This document shows, piece after piece, positions 36,034-44,644 of a stretch of 57,010 nucleotides of DNA (the first letter of the stretch is position 1; every line of letters begins with the position of its first letter). The notes beneath the pieces are model-generated. The model made no database searches, was not told the origin of the DNA, and saw only the letters and a list, made by a program, of their open reading frames with translations. Source of the DNA: Bacteroidota bacterium (lineage in GTDB: Bacteria; Bacteroidota; Bacteroidia; B-17B0; Aurantibacillaceae); the NCBI GenBank assembly GCA_043749245.1, contig JAYVDU010000565.1, positions 1 to 57,010 on the forward strand, written 5' to 3'. A program made the position numbers and the translations under genes.

Positions 36034-36321
36034 ATGAAAATACTACATTATATACAAGAAAACAGACTAGCGTTTTGGATTTCGTTATTTTATGTGATTT
36101 TAGGGGGTATTGCGGTTTGCTCAACAAATCCTGATGATCTATTATATAGCGAATTACTTGATTGGGTATGGTTAATTACTTTACCTGTAAATATGATTAG
36201 TTTAGCGTATGATTTTACTAGTGGAAGAAACTATTTTGTAATAATAATAATTCAAATAGTAATGTTTATTCCAACATTTATAATTATTTCAAAACTAATA
36301 GCTATAAAAAGAAATAAGTAA
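36034..36321 (+). CDS. Small multi-pass membrane protein
   Basis: Three hydrophobic helices (FWISLFYVILGGIAVC, WVWLITLPVNMISLAY, FVIIIIQIVMFIPTFIIISKLI). ATG at 36034; the track start is a TTG. Confidence 0.45.
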   Translation: MKILHYIQENRLAFWISLFYVILGGIAVCSTNPDDLLYSELLDWVWLITLPVNMISLAYDFTSGRNYFVIIIIQIVMFIPTFIIISKLIAIKRNK

Positions 36322-36369
36322 ATAGTGTAAAAAAATAGAAAGAGAAAATTGTTATAATTCAAACTTTGT

Positions 36370-36864
36370 TTATTTAAATATAATTGAATTCACACTATGG
36401 GTAAACTCATCTTCATAATTATTAAAATTACCTTCTATAGTATTATATGTAATAACAAATAAATCTCCTTCAATAATGGTACTGATCGAATAACTTAAAA
36501 ACACCATTTGTGATGATACAATTCTTTTTAAAAAACGTACTCCTTTAAATGACGAATAATTAATTTCTTTAACCTCTTCTATTTTACTTTTAGAATCAGA
36601 GAAACCATTTTTATATTCTTCGGATTTTAGAAATTCGTAGTTTGTTATAGGTGATTTTGCTCTAATTATATTTATCAAATATTTAACCGAAGAATCAGGA
36701 TTCATTATTGTAAATAAATCCTGATAGCCAGTATTTGTATGATCTATTTGATGTTTATATATTTTCTCTATATCAATTTTCAACTTATTTTGCACACAGT
36801 CTACTGTAAGATATTTATCAGAGTTTAGAACAAAAAAAGTTATGCAAAAAAAAAGATATTTCAT
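36370..36864 (-). CDS. Candidate immunity protein for the upstream RHS-type C-terminal toxin
   Basis: 164-aa ORF 37 nt downstream of the toxin-bearing ORF on the same strand. This is the standard rhs-CT/immunity position. No family recognised. Confidence 0.4.
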   Translation of the reverse strand: MKYLFFCITFFVLNSDKYLTVDCVQNKLKIDIEKIYKHQIDHTNTGYQDLFTIMNPDSSVKYLINIIRAKSPITNYEFLKSEEYKNGFSDSKSKIEEVKEINYSSFKGVRFLKRIVSSQMVFLSYSISTIIEGDLFVITYNTIEGNFNNYEDEFTHSVNSIIFK

Positions 36865-36901
36865 TTTTAATAAGTTTAGTTAATAATTTATTTAAATATT
36901 T

Positions 36902-39121
36902 TTAATGAGGCGCCCAATTATTTACACTTTCGATGCCTTTTGATGTTTCATATTTAACATCACTTATAAAGTCAGCTATATCATTATAAATATTTGTAGG
37001 AGTATCTTTAACCACAATTAATACCGCTTTAACTACTAATAAGTAATTTGAAACAATAATAACAGTAGCAGCTCTCTTTCCTGTTGTTCCAATTGTTAAT
37101 GGCTTTCCTTCATATGTGTTTGGTTTTGCTCCGGCAATTGGTAAAATAACATAATTTTCTACAACTTTAGCTACTCCCTTTAAACCAACAATTCCTAATT
37201 CTAAATCACCCTTCAAATTTCCCGCAGTTCGATGTGTCCAATCGCCACTTGTTTGATCATGAGGTTTACCTCCATACTCATCAATATAATCATTTCCTTT
37301 CGGTGTGAAAGTTTCTGTACCATCGTTATGTTTTGGATTATTTTCAGTACCCAAATAGACAGAGCCCATACGGTTTTTACCCACAGTGGCAGGGTTTACT
37401 GCTTTTGGATCTGGTGTCTTTGCAGAATTTTCTGCTTTTTTGTCTTTAGTAGACGTTTTAGTTTCTGTTTTATTTTTCACCTTACTACTTTCCAACCCTT
37501 CTAAATCAACCGCTAGTATTGGATTATTTGAAGCAAATTGATACGTTGAATAAAAAGGGAATTCTTTAAACATTGGATCAATACTCCAGAACTTGCCTAA
37601 TCGTGGATCATATCCTCTATATTTAAAATCTATGTGATTTCCATCTCCACTAATTTCATCATCTTTTTCTTGTTTATTAAATGAATAACGATATTTAGAA
37701 CTACTGAACGTCCTTCCGACTAACGGTGCGCCAAATGGAGTGTAATCAGTGGCATTAACCACATCAGGAAGAAAAAAATCAATCACGTTATCTCCGTTAT
37801 TATCTACTGCAATTTTCCTATCAGATAGAACTGTAAGTACATTCCCTAATTCATTCAACAACCCACGTTTACGGAGCATTAATGTTTTGGCTTTTTGTAT
37901 AGCTAACATGTGTTGTATTAGCTCTACTTGGTCTCCAGAATCATTACACGCTTTAGAAAGAAGTTCTGCTTCCTTTTTATATTTTTCATCGTGTTTTCCC
38001 ATTTTCATATCTTTATTATAGATTTTATTATATATATCAGAAACTTTATATGTGTATATACCGTCCCTATACCACTGTATTTGTATTGCTATCAGTTCTT
38101 GATTAGTAATTAACTGTGTGCCTGGTTGTTCTTTATTAATTTCATCTTGAGCTTTTAAAACACTTTCCAAAATTTTAGCTCTAATGTTTGGCTTATAAGG
38201 GCCGTATTGTCCCTCTAATAATTGGCGGTTACCTCTACCAAATTTTTCTCGATACTCCTCTTTATTATCTCTCGATTCAACCAAAAAATCTCGTATTTCA
38301 GATAATGGTTCCATCCATGCTTCGCCATTTTCTATTAGTGCATCCATTGATTTGTCTTTTGAAACAACTGTACAAACCCAACACCCAAAACGACTACTGC
38401 CACATGATGGAGTAGTTTCATCGATAACTAGAGGGCAATCACCACTATTAGCATTGCGATACAAAGTAACTAATTCCTTATGAGTACCTCCCCAAGGTGG
38501 AGAAACTTGCATCAAATATTGCCATAATTCATTAGTCGTAATGTCCTTTATTGGAGCATATACAAAAGCATTAGGTAGAACGTGCTTTCTTAAACGCTGC
38601 CCTTTAATTTCGTGTTTTTTTATTGAACGAGCTCTTGTAGCACTTTCCGCCGAACGTGTACCTAATAAAATAATTGCCTCCCCTTTTTCACTAATTTTTT
38701 CAGTAATAAAACGAGTAGTTGGATTGATTTTTAAACGTTCGGTACACCACCTAAACATATTCGTTGGGGCAGGATAACCTTTGCCAGCAACATTTAACCA
38801 AAAAGTATCTTCCAATCTAGGTCTTGTTCTTTCAACCCTAATGGGTAATCCTTGTTCTACTGCTGATTTTTCAACTCTTTTCAAAGTTCTTTCAATAAAA
38901 TCAACTATTCTAGGATTTTCAACTAATGTGTCGTTACAAACCACATAAATATCGCGTGTCCAAGCAACATCTTTAATTTTAGATAAAGCGTTCCAAACTA
39001 ATTGTAACAACAGAGTTGAATCCTTTCCACCACTAAAACCAATAATCCAAGGACGAGGGTCATCATCATGAAGATACTGGTCAATAATTTCGGATTCTAT
39101 ATATTCGATATTAAGATTCAT
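36902..39121 (-). CDS. dndC: Chimeric ORF: DndC (PAPS-reductase/PP-loop sulfurtransferase) fused in frame to an RHS core fragment and C-terminal toxin domain
   Basis: aa 1-~430 are DndC-like, with PP-loop FSGGKDSTLLLQ and Cys cluster CGSSRFGCWVCT. aa ~455-545 are DYTPFGAPLVGRTFSSSKYRYSFNKQEKDDE...YRGYDPRLGKFWSIDP...NNPILAVDLEGLE, an RHS repeat-associated core ending in a DPxGL-like motif. aa 546-739 are an unassigned CT domain. Confidence 0.8.
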   Translation of the reverse strand: MNLNIEYIESEIIDQYLHDDDPRPWIIGFSGGKDSTLLLQLVWNALSKIKDVAWTRDIYVVCNDTLVENPRIVDFIERTLKRVEKSAVEQGLPIRVERTRPRLEDTFWLNVAGKGYPAPTNMFRWCTERLKINPTTRFITEKISEKGEAIILLGTRSAESATRARSIKKHEIKGQRLRKHVLPNAFVYAPIKDITTNELWQYLMQVSPPWGGTHKELVTLYRNANSGDCPLVIDETTPSCGSSRFGCWVCTVVSKDKSMDALIENGEAWMEPLSEIRDFLVESRDNKEEYREKFGRGNRQLLEGQYGPYKPNIRAKILESVLKAQDEINKEQPGTQLITNQELIAIQIQWYRDGIYTYKVSDIYNKIYNKDMKMGKHDEKYKKEAELLSKACNDSGDQVELIQHMLAIQKAKTLMLRKRGLLNELGNVLTVLSDRKIAVDNNGDNVIDFFLPDVVNATDYTPFGAPLVGRTFSSSKYRYSFNKQEKDDEISGDGNHIDFKYRGYDPRLGKFWSIDPMFKEFPFYSTYQFASNNPILAVDLEGLESSKVKNKTETKTSTKDKKAENSAKTPDPKAVNPATVGKNRMGSVYLGTENNPKHNDGTETFTPKGNDYIDEYGGKPHDQTSGDWTHRTAGNLKGDLELGIVGLKGVAKVVENYVILPIAGAKPNTYEGKPLTIGTTGKRAATVIIVSNYLLVVKAVLIVVKDTPTNIYNDIADFISDVKYETSKGIESVNNWAPH

Positions 39122-39260
39122 AAGGTTGAAAAATAGGGAAAATAAATGAATTTATCACTCTATTATTATCTTATTTAATACTAAAATTTCAAATAAAATT
39201 TAGTATTTGTTAATACTTCTGTAAAAAATATTAATTTGTGCCCTTATGTGGAGAATGGTT

Positions 39261-40067
39261 CAGAAAGAAATACGTTGCCCTAAATAGTTTGCAATTTCTA
39301 TTGTAGCATTTTGTAATTGATTTTGCTCATCAACAATATTTAAAATAGAGTTAGTTGGATTAGGGGTAAACATTTACAGCATAGTCACGTACTAACTCAT
39401 TAATACCAACTACATCCGTGCAATTTAAAGAGACTGGTTTATGATACAACGTAAAACTATTATCTGAATAACATCTGAAATCGCCATTGACATAAAATCC
39501 AACATCAGTAGCCATAGTTGACTTTTCTATATATGCTGGGTTTAGAAAATACCGAATACTCCCCAATTTTTCGTAAACCGTATCATTATAAGTTGTTACA
39601 GTTGCTGTAGGCCAGCCACCCACTTGATAAGATAATATTAATTTTTTTAAACTAACAGTATTGATAATCACGTGTCCTATATCTAAAACAGTTACATACC
39701 TGCGTGTTACATCCAAATTAGGATCTCCTATTCTTACACGTAACCACTTATCACCAATTATTGCATTAAAATTAAAAAGTGTATCTATATTACCATTAAA
39801 AAGAGTTACTAATTTATTATTATCGTTAAGTAAAATGAGGGGGTAATTTGTAACAAAACCATTCCCATAACGAACCGTTTTTAATTTTTTATAGGTTATT
39901 GTATTAATTATTGAATCGCTCACATAATTTAATTTTAAATAGCTGTACAAAAAGGGTGGACCTTATTGATGTCCATAATGCCACTCGGCACCTGACGTGC
40001 TCCACATTTGTGCCTTACTGGCAAATAAAGTTGATACAAAAACAATTAATAGGAGCGATTTTTTCAT
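39261..40067 (-). pseudogene. Decayed T9SS-secreted protein gene (in-frame TAA, frameshift, truncated CTD)
   Basis: MKKSLLLIVFVSTLFASKAQMWSTSGAEWHYGHQ* has its stop at 39963-39965, in frame with the 196-aa ORF. At the G4 run 39363-39366 a 1-nt shift would restore VYPNPTNSILNIV..., the start of a T9SS sorting domain, which breaks off again at 39261. Confidence 0.65.
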
Positions 40068-40244
40068 AACTTTTAATTTTTAAAGAATTAATTAATTATG
40101 AGTTTATGAGTGTATAAAATAATGTTTCCTGAGGTAACTGCAACCATATAAAATATTATGTAAATACATTTATAAAAAAAATACTGTTATCTTCTTAAAA
40201 ACATTAACAGAATTATTAGATAAATTTTAAACAGGCTCTAAGCT

Positions 40245-40988
40245 CTACTTAAATTTTATATTAGCTTTTACAACTTCGTAACCTGTTCGGAAATTGTAGT
40301 TTTTCCCATTGATAACCTGCACATTGTTTTTATAAAAATTAATAACTAACGACACTGTTTTGCCTGAGCCAATAGTAGCTAAATCAGATGCTGTGAAATT
40401 TAATGTAGTTGGAGTATTTGTTAATTTTTGTATACTAGTTAAAGTAACTGGATTTGTCATTGTTGCAAAATAGGTTTCTACTATATCAGCACCGCTATAA
40501 TTAGTTAAGGGAATTGATATCCCACTTGCTATCACAAACGAATCGGCAATAGCTGCGTAACCTGTATAAGTAGGATAAGGCGTTGTATTAGAAAAACTAA
40601 AACTTGGCACAGCACTAGAACCTGTTACAATCCAATTATGGGGTGTACTATAGGTGTTTGTGGTAGAATCGCCATAATAATATTGTGCACCATAAGCATC
40701 TTTCTGAAACGTAGTTCCGTTTAAACTTACGTTACCCATATCTAATAAAGAACCTACCATTGGGTCGTCGTTTACTAATGTTGTATTTGAGATATAAGCA
40801 TTACTAAAATTGGCTTGATTGCTAACTAAGGTATTAGTTATAATAGTTGATTTACGGCTCGAAAAAACAGCATAGTTACCTGTAGTTGTACCGCCACCTC
40901 CGCCAGTAGTTGTAGGTGCAGGCGTTTCTGTTTTTTTACAGGCAATTAGACTTAATAAGCCTATACATAAGATGGAAATTTTTTTCAT
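40245..40988 (-). CDS. Lipoprotein, paralog of the next gene
   Basis: Lipobox LLSLIACKK. Thr/Gly linker TTTGGGGGTTTG. C-terminal ...INGKNYNFRTGYEVVKANIKF is similar to the neighbour. Confidence 0.7.
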   Translation of the reverse strand: MKKISILCIGLLSLIACKKTETPAPTTTGGGGGTTTGNYAVFSSRKSTIITNTLVSNQANFSNAYISNTTLVNDDPMVGSLLDMGNVSLNGTTFQKDAYGAQYYYGDSTTNTYSTPHNWIVTGSSAVPSFSFSNTTPYPTYTGYAAIADSFVIASGISIPLTNYSGADIVETYFATMTNPVTLTSIQKLTNTPTTLNFTASDLATIGSGKTVSLVINFYKNNVQVINGKNYNFRTGYEVVKANIKFK

Positions 40989-40999
40989 TGTTTTTTATT

Positions 41000-41728
41000 T
41001 TAATTAATAATTGTTACCCCAGCCTTTACAAAGCTAAACATATTTCGGAATAAATATTTTTTGCCTGCAACCGTTTGATAATTGTAATTAATGGCTTCTA
41101 TTTTAACTACCGCGTTAGTACCGACAAGCAAAGGACTAAACATAGATGGCGTTAAATAATATTTGTTAGCATAATTGGGTGCTTGTAACGCAATATAATT
41201 TGGCGAAGATGCATTGTTGTTATCATTAACAGTTATTCGTATACTATCTGCATGTAATATATTATTAATGGTAACAAAAAGTGTGTCCGATTTTTTTAAC
41301 GTATTGCTAACCATACTTTGATTAATAGTAAAACTAGGAAAAACCCCATTATATAAAAAATTCATATTGGGTATTGCGTCATGTCCACTCACTTTCCAAT
41401 GTTGTTCTGTAAAATTATCATCACTGTCTTCTGTGTCAGAATAGAATTTTTTAACATTGTCATAATTTAATGGCTCATTATTAAATTTTACATTCCCTGC
41501 TTTACTAAAAACCGTTGTTGGTATAGTTAAACTAGGCGTATAAGTAAAATACGCCGCCATACCATAGCCTGTAATTAAGAGGTTATTATTACTATTATTA
41601 CTGGTATTATAATGATTTGTTTTATCAATAATAAATACACCGTTTATTAAATTGGATGAGGCAGTTTGAGCTACTAATCTCATAGCAACTATCGTTGCCA
41701 TACCGATAATTATTAATTTATTTCTCAT
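41000..41728 (-). CDS. Secreted protein, paralog of 40245-40988
   Basis: Signal peptide MRNKLIIIGMATIVAMRLVAQ. Shared blocks GNVKFNNEPLNYD / GNVSLNGTTFQKD and HWKVSGHDAIPNMNF / NWIVTGSSAVPSFSF. Confidence 0.7.
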   Translation of the reverse strand: MRNKLIIIGMATIVAMRLVAQTASSNLINGVFIIDKTNHYNTSNNSNNNLLITGYGMAAYFTYTPSLTIPTTVFSKAGNVKFNNEPLNYDNVKKFYSDTEDSDDNFTEQHWKVSGHDAIPNMNFLYNGVFPSFTINQSMVSNTLKKSDTLFVTINNILHADSIRITVNDNNNASSPNYIALQAPNYANKYYLTPSMFSPLLVGTNAVVKIEAINYNYQTVAGKKYLFRNMFSFVKAGVTIIN

Positions 41729-44109
41729 TATTCTTTAATTATTTTCTGAGTTTTGTTAGTACCATTGGTCGTTGTAAATTTTAAAATATACGTACCGGCA
41801 GCATACGAACTTAAATCAATACTAACTCCCGAATCCATTTGTTTTAATGCATTATTGCTATAAACTATTTTACCACCCAAATCCATCACGGTGATAAATC
41901 CTGTTTCGTTATCCGCTAATAAAAAATAGGCGCTTACTTCATCTTTAGTCACTGTAGGCTTTACAAATAACTCTCGGCTATAATCAGGGTTAGCCGTTTT
42001 TAACATAGTCTCTAGTGGTGTTTCTTCTGTCGGTAATTCTGTAATTAAATTTTGATCATGCTCGGTTACAGGTTCTGTATTTAAAACAGCCATTTGCTCA
42101 GGGTAGTTAACGGTATGAAATCTTACGCCATTAGCGTAACTATCGTCAGCCATGCTGTTAGATTCTTGCCCGGAACTATCAGCGCCATTAGCCATTCTAA
42201 ACACACCAACATCAGCAGCGCAATCAAATTTTTGAATGTAGGCATGAAAGTTAGGTCCCGAAGTTGTGCTGCCGTTACCTGTAAGCTGAAAGCCTGAACC
42301 AAAATAAATAGTTTTACCTGCGCGCCATACCGTTGGGCTAAAACAAGCAACTGTTGTATTTTGAGCATCAATAGTTTCGTAGGCATTTACATTATGACAT
42401 GGCAAACCATTTTGATTATAAATTTTAATATCACTTAAATCTGTCATTGTATTCTCATTATTATATAAATAATATAAATTATGGTACAGCATAAAATCAA
42501 TTCCATTATATTCGCCTGTTGGATATGAATTAGTACCTAATAATGTAGGATTTGTGCCCCTCCTATTAGGATGATCACATCTATTATCTGAACTCCAGTG
42601 ATAAGTTGATTGGTTATTTCCAAAATTATAAATACCATCGCAAGGCGCTACATTTATTAAATACTCAAATGAATAATTTTGATTCGGAACATAAGCTGGC
42701 AAATCATGTAAGAGAGCATGGGCAATAGGACCATGATCGAGAGGAGCCTCGTCTGTATAAGCATTTATGCTAATTGCCGAATTTGTAATATTTTGAATGG
42801 ATGCAGGTATCGTGTAATTTATAGCAATGGTTACTAATTTCCAGATCCATCCGAATATAACGCCAAACCAACCATGAACATAGGTTGATATAGTTTGTTG
42901 TATAAATTGGGCAGGAATATTTGCATATACGCAATTACAAATAGCCGCTAAATTTACATTAAATGCTCTTGAGTCCATACCTAAGTATTGATTACCAGCG
43001 TTATAAATAGGTACATCAGCTAATGTATTCCATACATCAAAACCAATTGTTTGTGAATAATTATTGTGATAAGTACTTCCCCCAGTTGGCACACCAAGTG
43101 TATTATTCATAGGCATGGTGTAGCTATCACTTGTAATAAAACTCTCACCTTCGGCTAAAGGGTAACCATAAGTAGTAGCATTATCGCCAGTTGAAACATT
43201 ATTACAATTGACAGGGTTTTTAATATGCCAGCCTGTAGCCAAAGAACCAGTACAACTGCTGCCATCTGCAATATTTTTAGCATCTCTAATATGATCTATA
43301 ATGCGTTTAGCTTGTTTACGTGCTTGTTCTCTGATGCTTGTTTCTCCTGTGTATGGAAAAGCAGCTGTGCCATCGGTGACGCTTGACCCTACAAATTTAT
43401 TGACGAATGCTAAGCCCAATAATAAATCGTAAGCTTGATCTTGACTTTCAGCAAAAAGACCAGCTCCTGTTTCAGCCCATCCACTCCAACTACTTTCAGT
43501 TTTAAACATACCTGTTTGACAATTGGAATGAAAACCATGATCGCCTGACTCAGCAGTATTAGGTTCTGGATCATTTCCTGGGCCAACTGTCCAGGGTAAT
43601 ACATGGGACGGATTTCCATCCCATGTATTATAGTAATTAAAATGGTCATAATTATTAAATACAAAATTTTTAGGAATATCATCTCTTACAAAAAAACCAT
43701 TAAGTGTATTTGTTCCATTAACCGTTGCTCCTTCTGCTTTATAATCTACTCTGTCAAAAGCATTCAGTGCGCAAAATAATTCGTGCTTCACTTTATCCGT
43801 GTTTTGAAAATGTTTAACCAACAAGGCATATTCTGTGGCTAATTGTGCAATATATAACCCTAGGGTAGAAGTTCCGTCCCCTATTTTCATATTTGACCTC
43901 ACATCAGGGCTAGTAAAACCAGAACTTGTTGATCCCCTCTGATTAAAGGGGAAGCTCTCACCATCACCTATACCAACTTTTACAAAATCATTATTAAGGC
44001 GTGATTTATACCACCAATATTTGCGATGATTATCCGTTGTAGTTTGAGCAAAAGTTGCATTACTGATAATAATTATCAATAACACATTAATTTTCAAAAG
44101 TAATTTCAT
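41728..44109 (-). CDS. Large T9SS-secreted protein of unknown function
   Basis: Signal peptide MKLLLKINVLLIIIISNATFAQ. C-terminal ~80 aa (VSAYFLLADNETGFITVMDLGGKIVY...AGTYILKFTTTNGTNKTQKIIKE) matches the T9SS sorting-domain pattern. Confidence 0.8.
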   Translation of the reverse strand: MKLLLKINVLLIIIISNATFAQTTTDNHRKYWWYKSRLNNDFVKVGIGDGESFPFNQRGSTSSGFTSPDVRSNMKIGDGTSTLGLYIAQLATEYALLVKHFQNTDKVKHELFCALNAFDRVDYKAEGATVNGTNTLNGFFVRDDIPKNFVFNNYDHFNYYNTWDGNPSHVLPWTVGPGNDPEPNTAESGDHGFHSNCQTGMFKTESSWSGWAETGAGLFAESQDQAYDLLLGLAFVNKFVGSSVTDGTAAFPYTGETSIREQARKQAKRIIDHIRDAKNIADGSSCTGSLATGWHIKNPVNCNNVSTGDNATTYGYPLAEGESFITSDSYTMPMNNTLGVPTGGSTYHNNYSQTIGFDVWNTLADVPIYNAGNQYLGMDSRAFNVNLAAICNCVYANIPAQFIQQTISTYVHGWFGVIFGWIWKLVTIAINYTIPASIQNITNSAISINAYTDEAPLDHGPIAHALLHDLPAYVPNQNYSFEYLINVAPCDGIYNFGNNQSTYHWSSDNRCDHPNRRGTNPTLLGTNSYPTGEYNGIDFMLYHNLYYLYNNENTMTDLSDIKIYNQNGLPCHNVNAYETIDAQNTTVACFSPTVWRAGKTIYFGSGFQLTGNGSTTSGPNFHAYIQKFDCAADVGVFRMANGADSSGQESNSMADDSYANGVRFHTVNYPEQMAVLNTEPVTEHDQNLITELPTEETPLETMLKTANPDYSRELFVKPTVTKDEVSAYFLLADNETGFITVMDLGGKIVYSNNALKQMDSGVSIDLSSYAAGTYILKFTTTNGTNKTQKIIKE

Positions 44110-44608
44110 AGGTATTGTCATTATAAGTTGTTTTAATTTTTGATTTTTTTCCATTTTTATCTAAATAAACTATTTGCCAAACAACTTCGCCACTTCTATT
44201 TTTAATAAAAATCTGTTTGTTATAATAGTATGGCAGTGGAGTTCCGCCAATATTGATGCTTTTTTTGTCACTACTCCATGTATAGCTTAAATTTCCATCA
44301 AATAAATCAGAAGAAACACTATAATAATTAGCCGCATGTCCCGAAATTGTAAATTTTTCAGTTTTAACATCTCTAACTGGATTTCCATAAGGATAAACTG
44401 CATTAGGTATAACAGGTGCATAATATAAATTTAGCAAATCTAAGCTATCAATACCATTTACTACATAAGCAGTAATATGTCCATTTATAACTGGTATATC
44501 GGTAGGGTTCTTAAACCAAACCGTATTTTCAGGATATTTTTTACAAGTCGTCAATAAGCTAATAATTGTTATTACTGCTAGGATGGTTAATATGGCTTTT
44601 ATTTTCAT
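44087..44608 (-). CDS. Lipoprotein
   Basis: Lipobox ISLLTTCKK. 173 aa. Overlaps the start of the downstream T9SS gene. Confidence 0.7.
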   Translation of the reverse strand: MKIKAILTILAVITIISLLTTCKKYPENTVWFKNPTDIPVINGHITAYVVNGIDSLDLLNLYYAPVIPNAVYPYGNPVRDVKTEKFTISGHAANYYSVSSDLFDGNLSYTWSSDKKSINIGGTPLPYYYNKQIFIKNRSGEVVWQIVYLDKNGKKSKIKTTYNDNTYEITFEN

Positions 44609-44644
44609 GAGTTTAGTTTTTGGTTTATATAAATATAAGCAAAA

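Larger units (their letters stand above)
29357..37820. mobile_element. ~8.4-kb block of mobile DNA between dndD start and the truncated dndC 3' end (boundaries approximate)
   Basis: dndC and dndD are normally adjacent. Here they are separated by Rep, Fic, two recombinases, a primase/helicase-like ATPase, XRE and an rhs-CT/immunity pair. I could not find terminal repeats by eye. Confidence 0.45.

Noticed and set aside
39246-39256. 11-nt match (atgtggagaat) to the left part of the island att core. It could have marked a junction between tandem islands.
   Set aside because: Only 11 of 16 positions match and the match then diverges (gg versus ac). It lies inside the decayed T9SS sorting-domain coding remnant. 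A single short match cannot be separated from chance without a genome-wide count.
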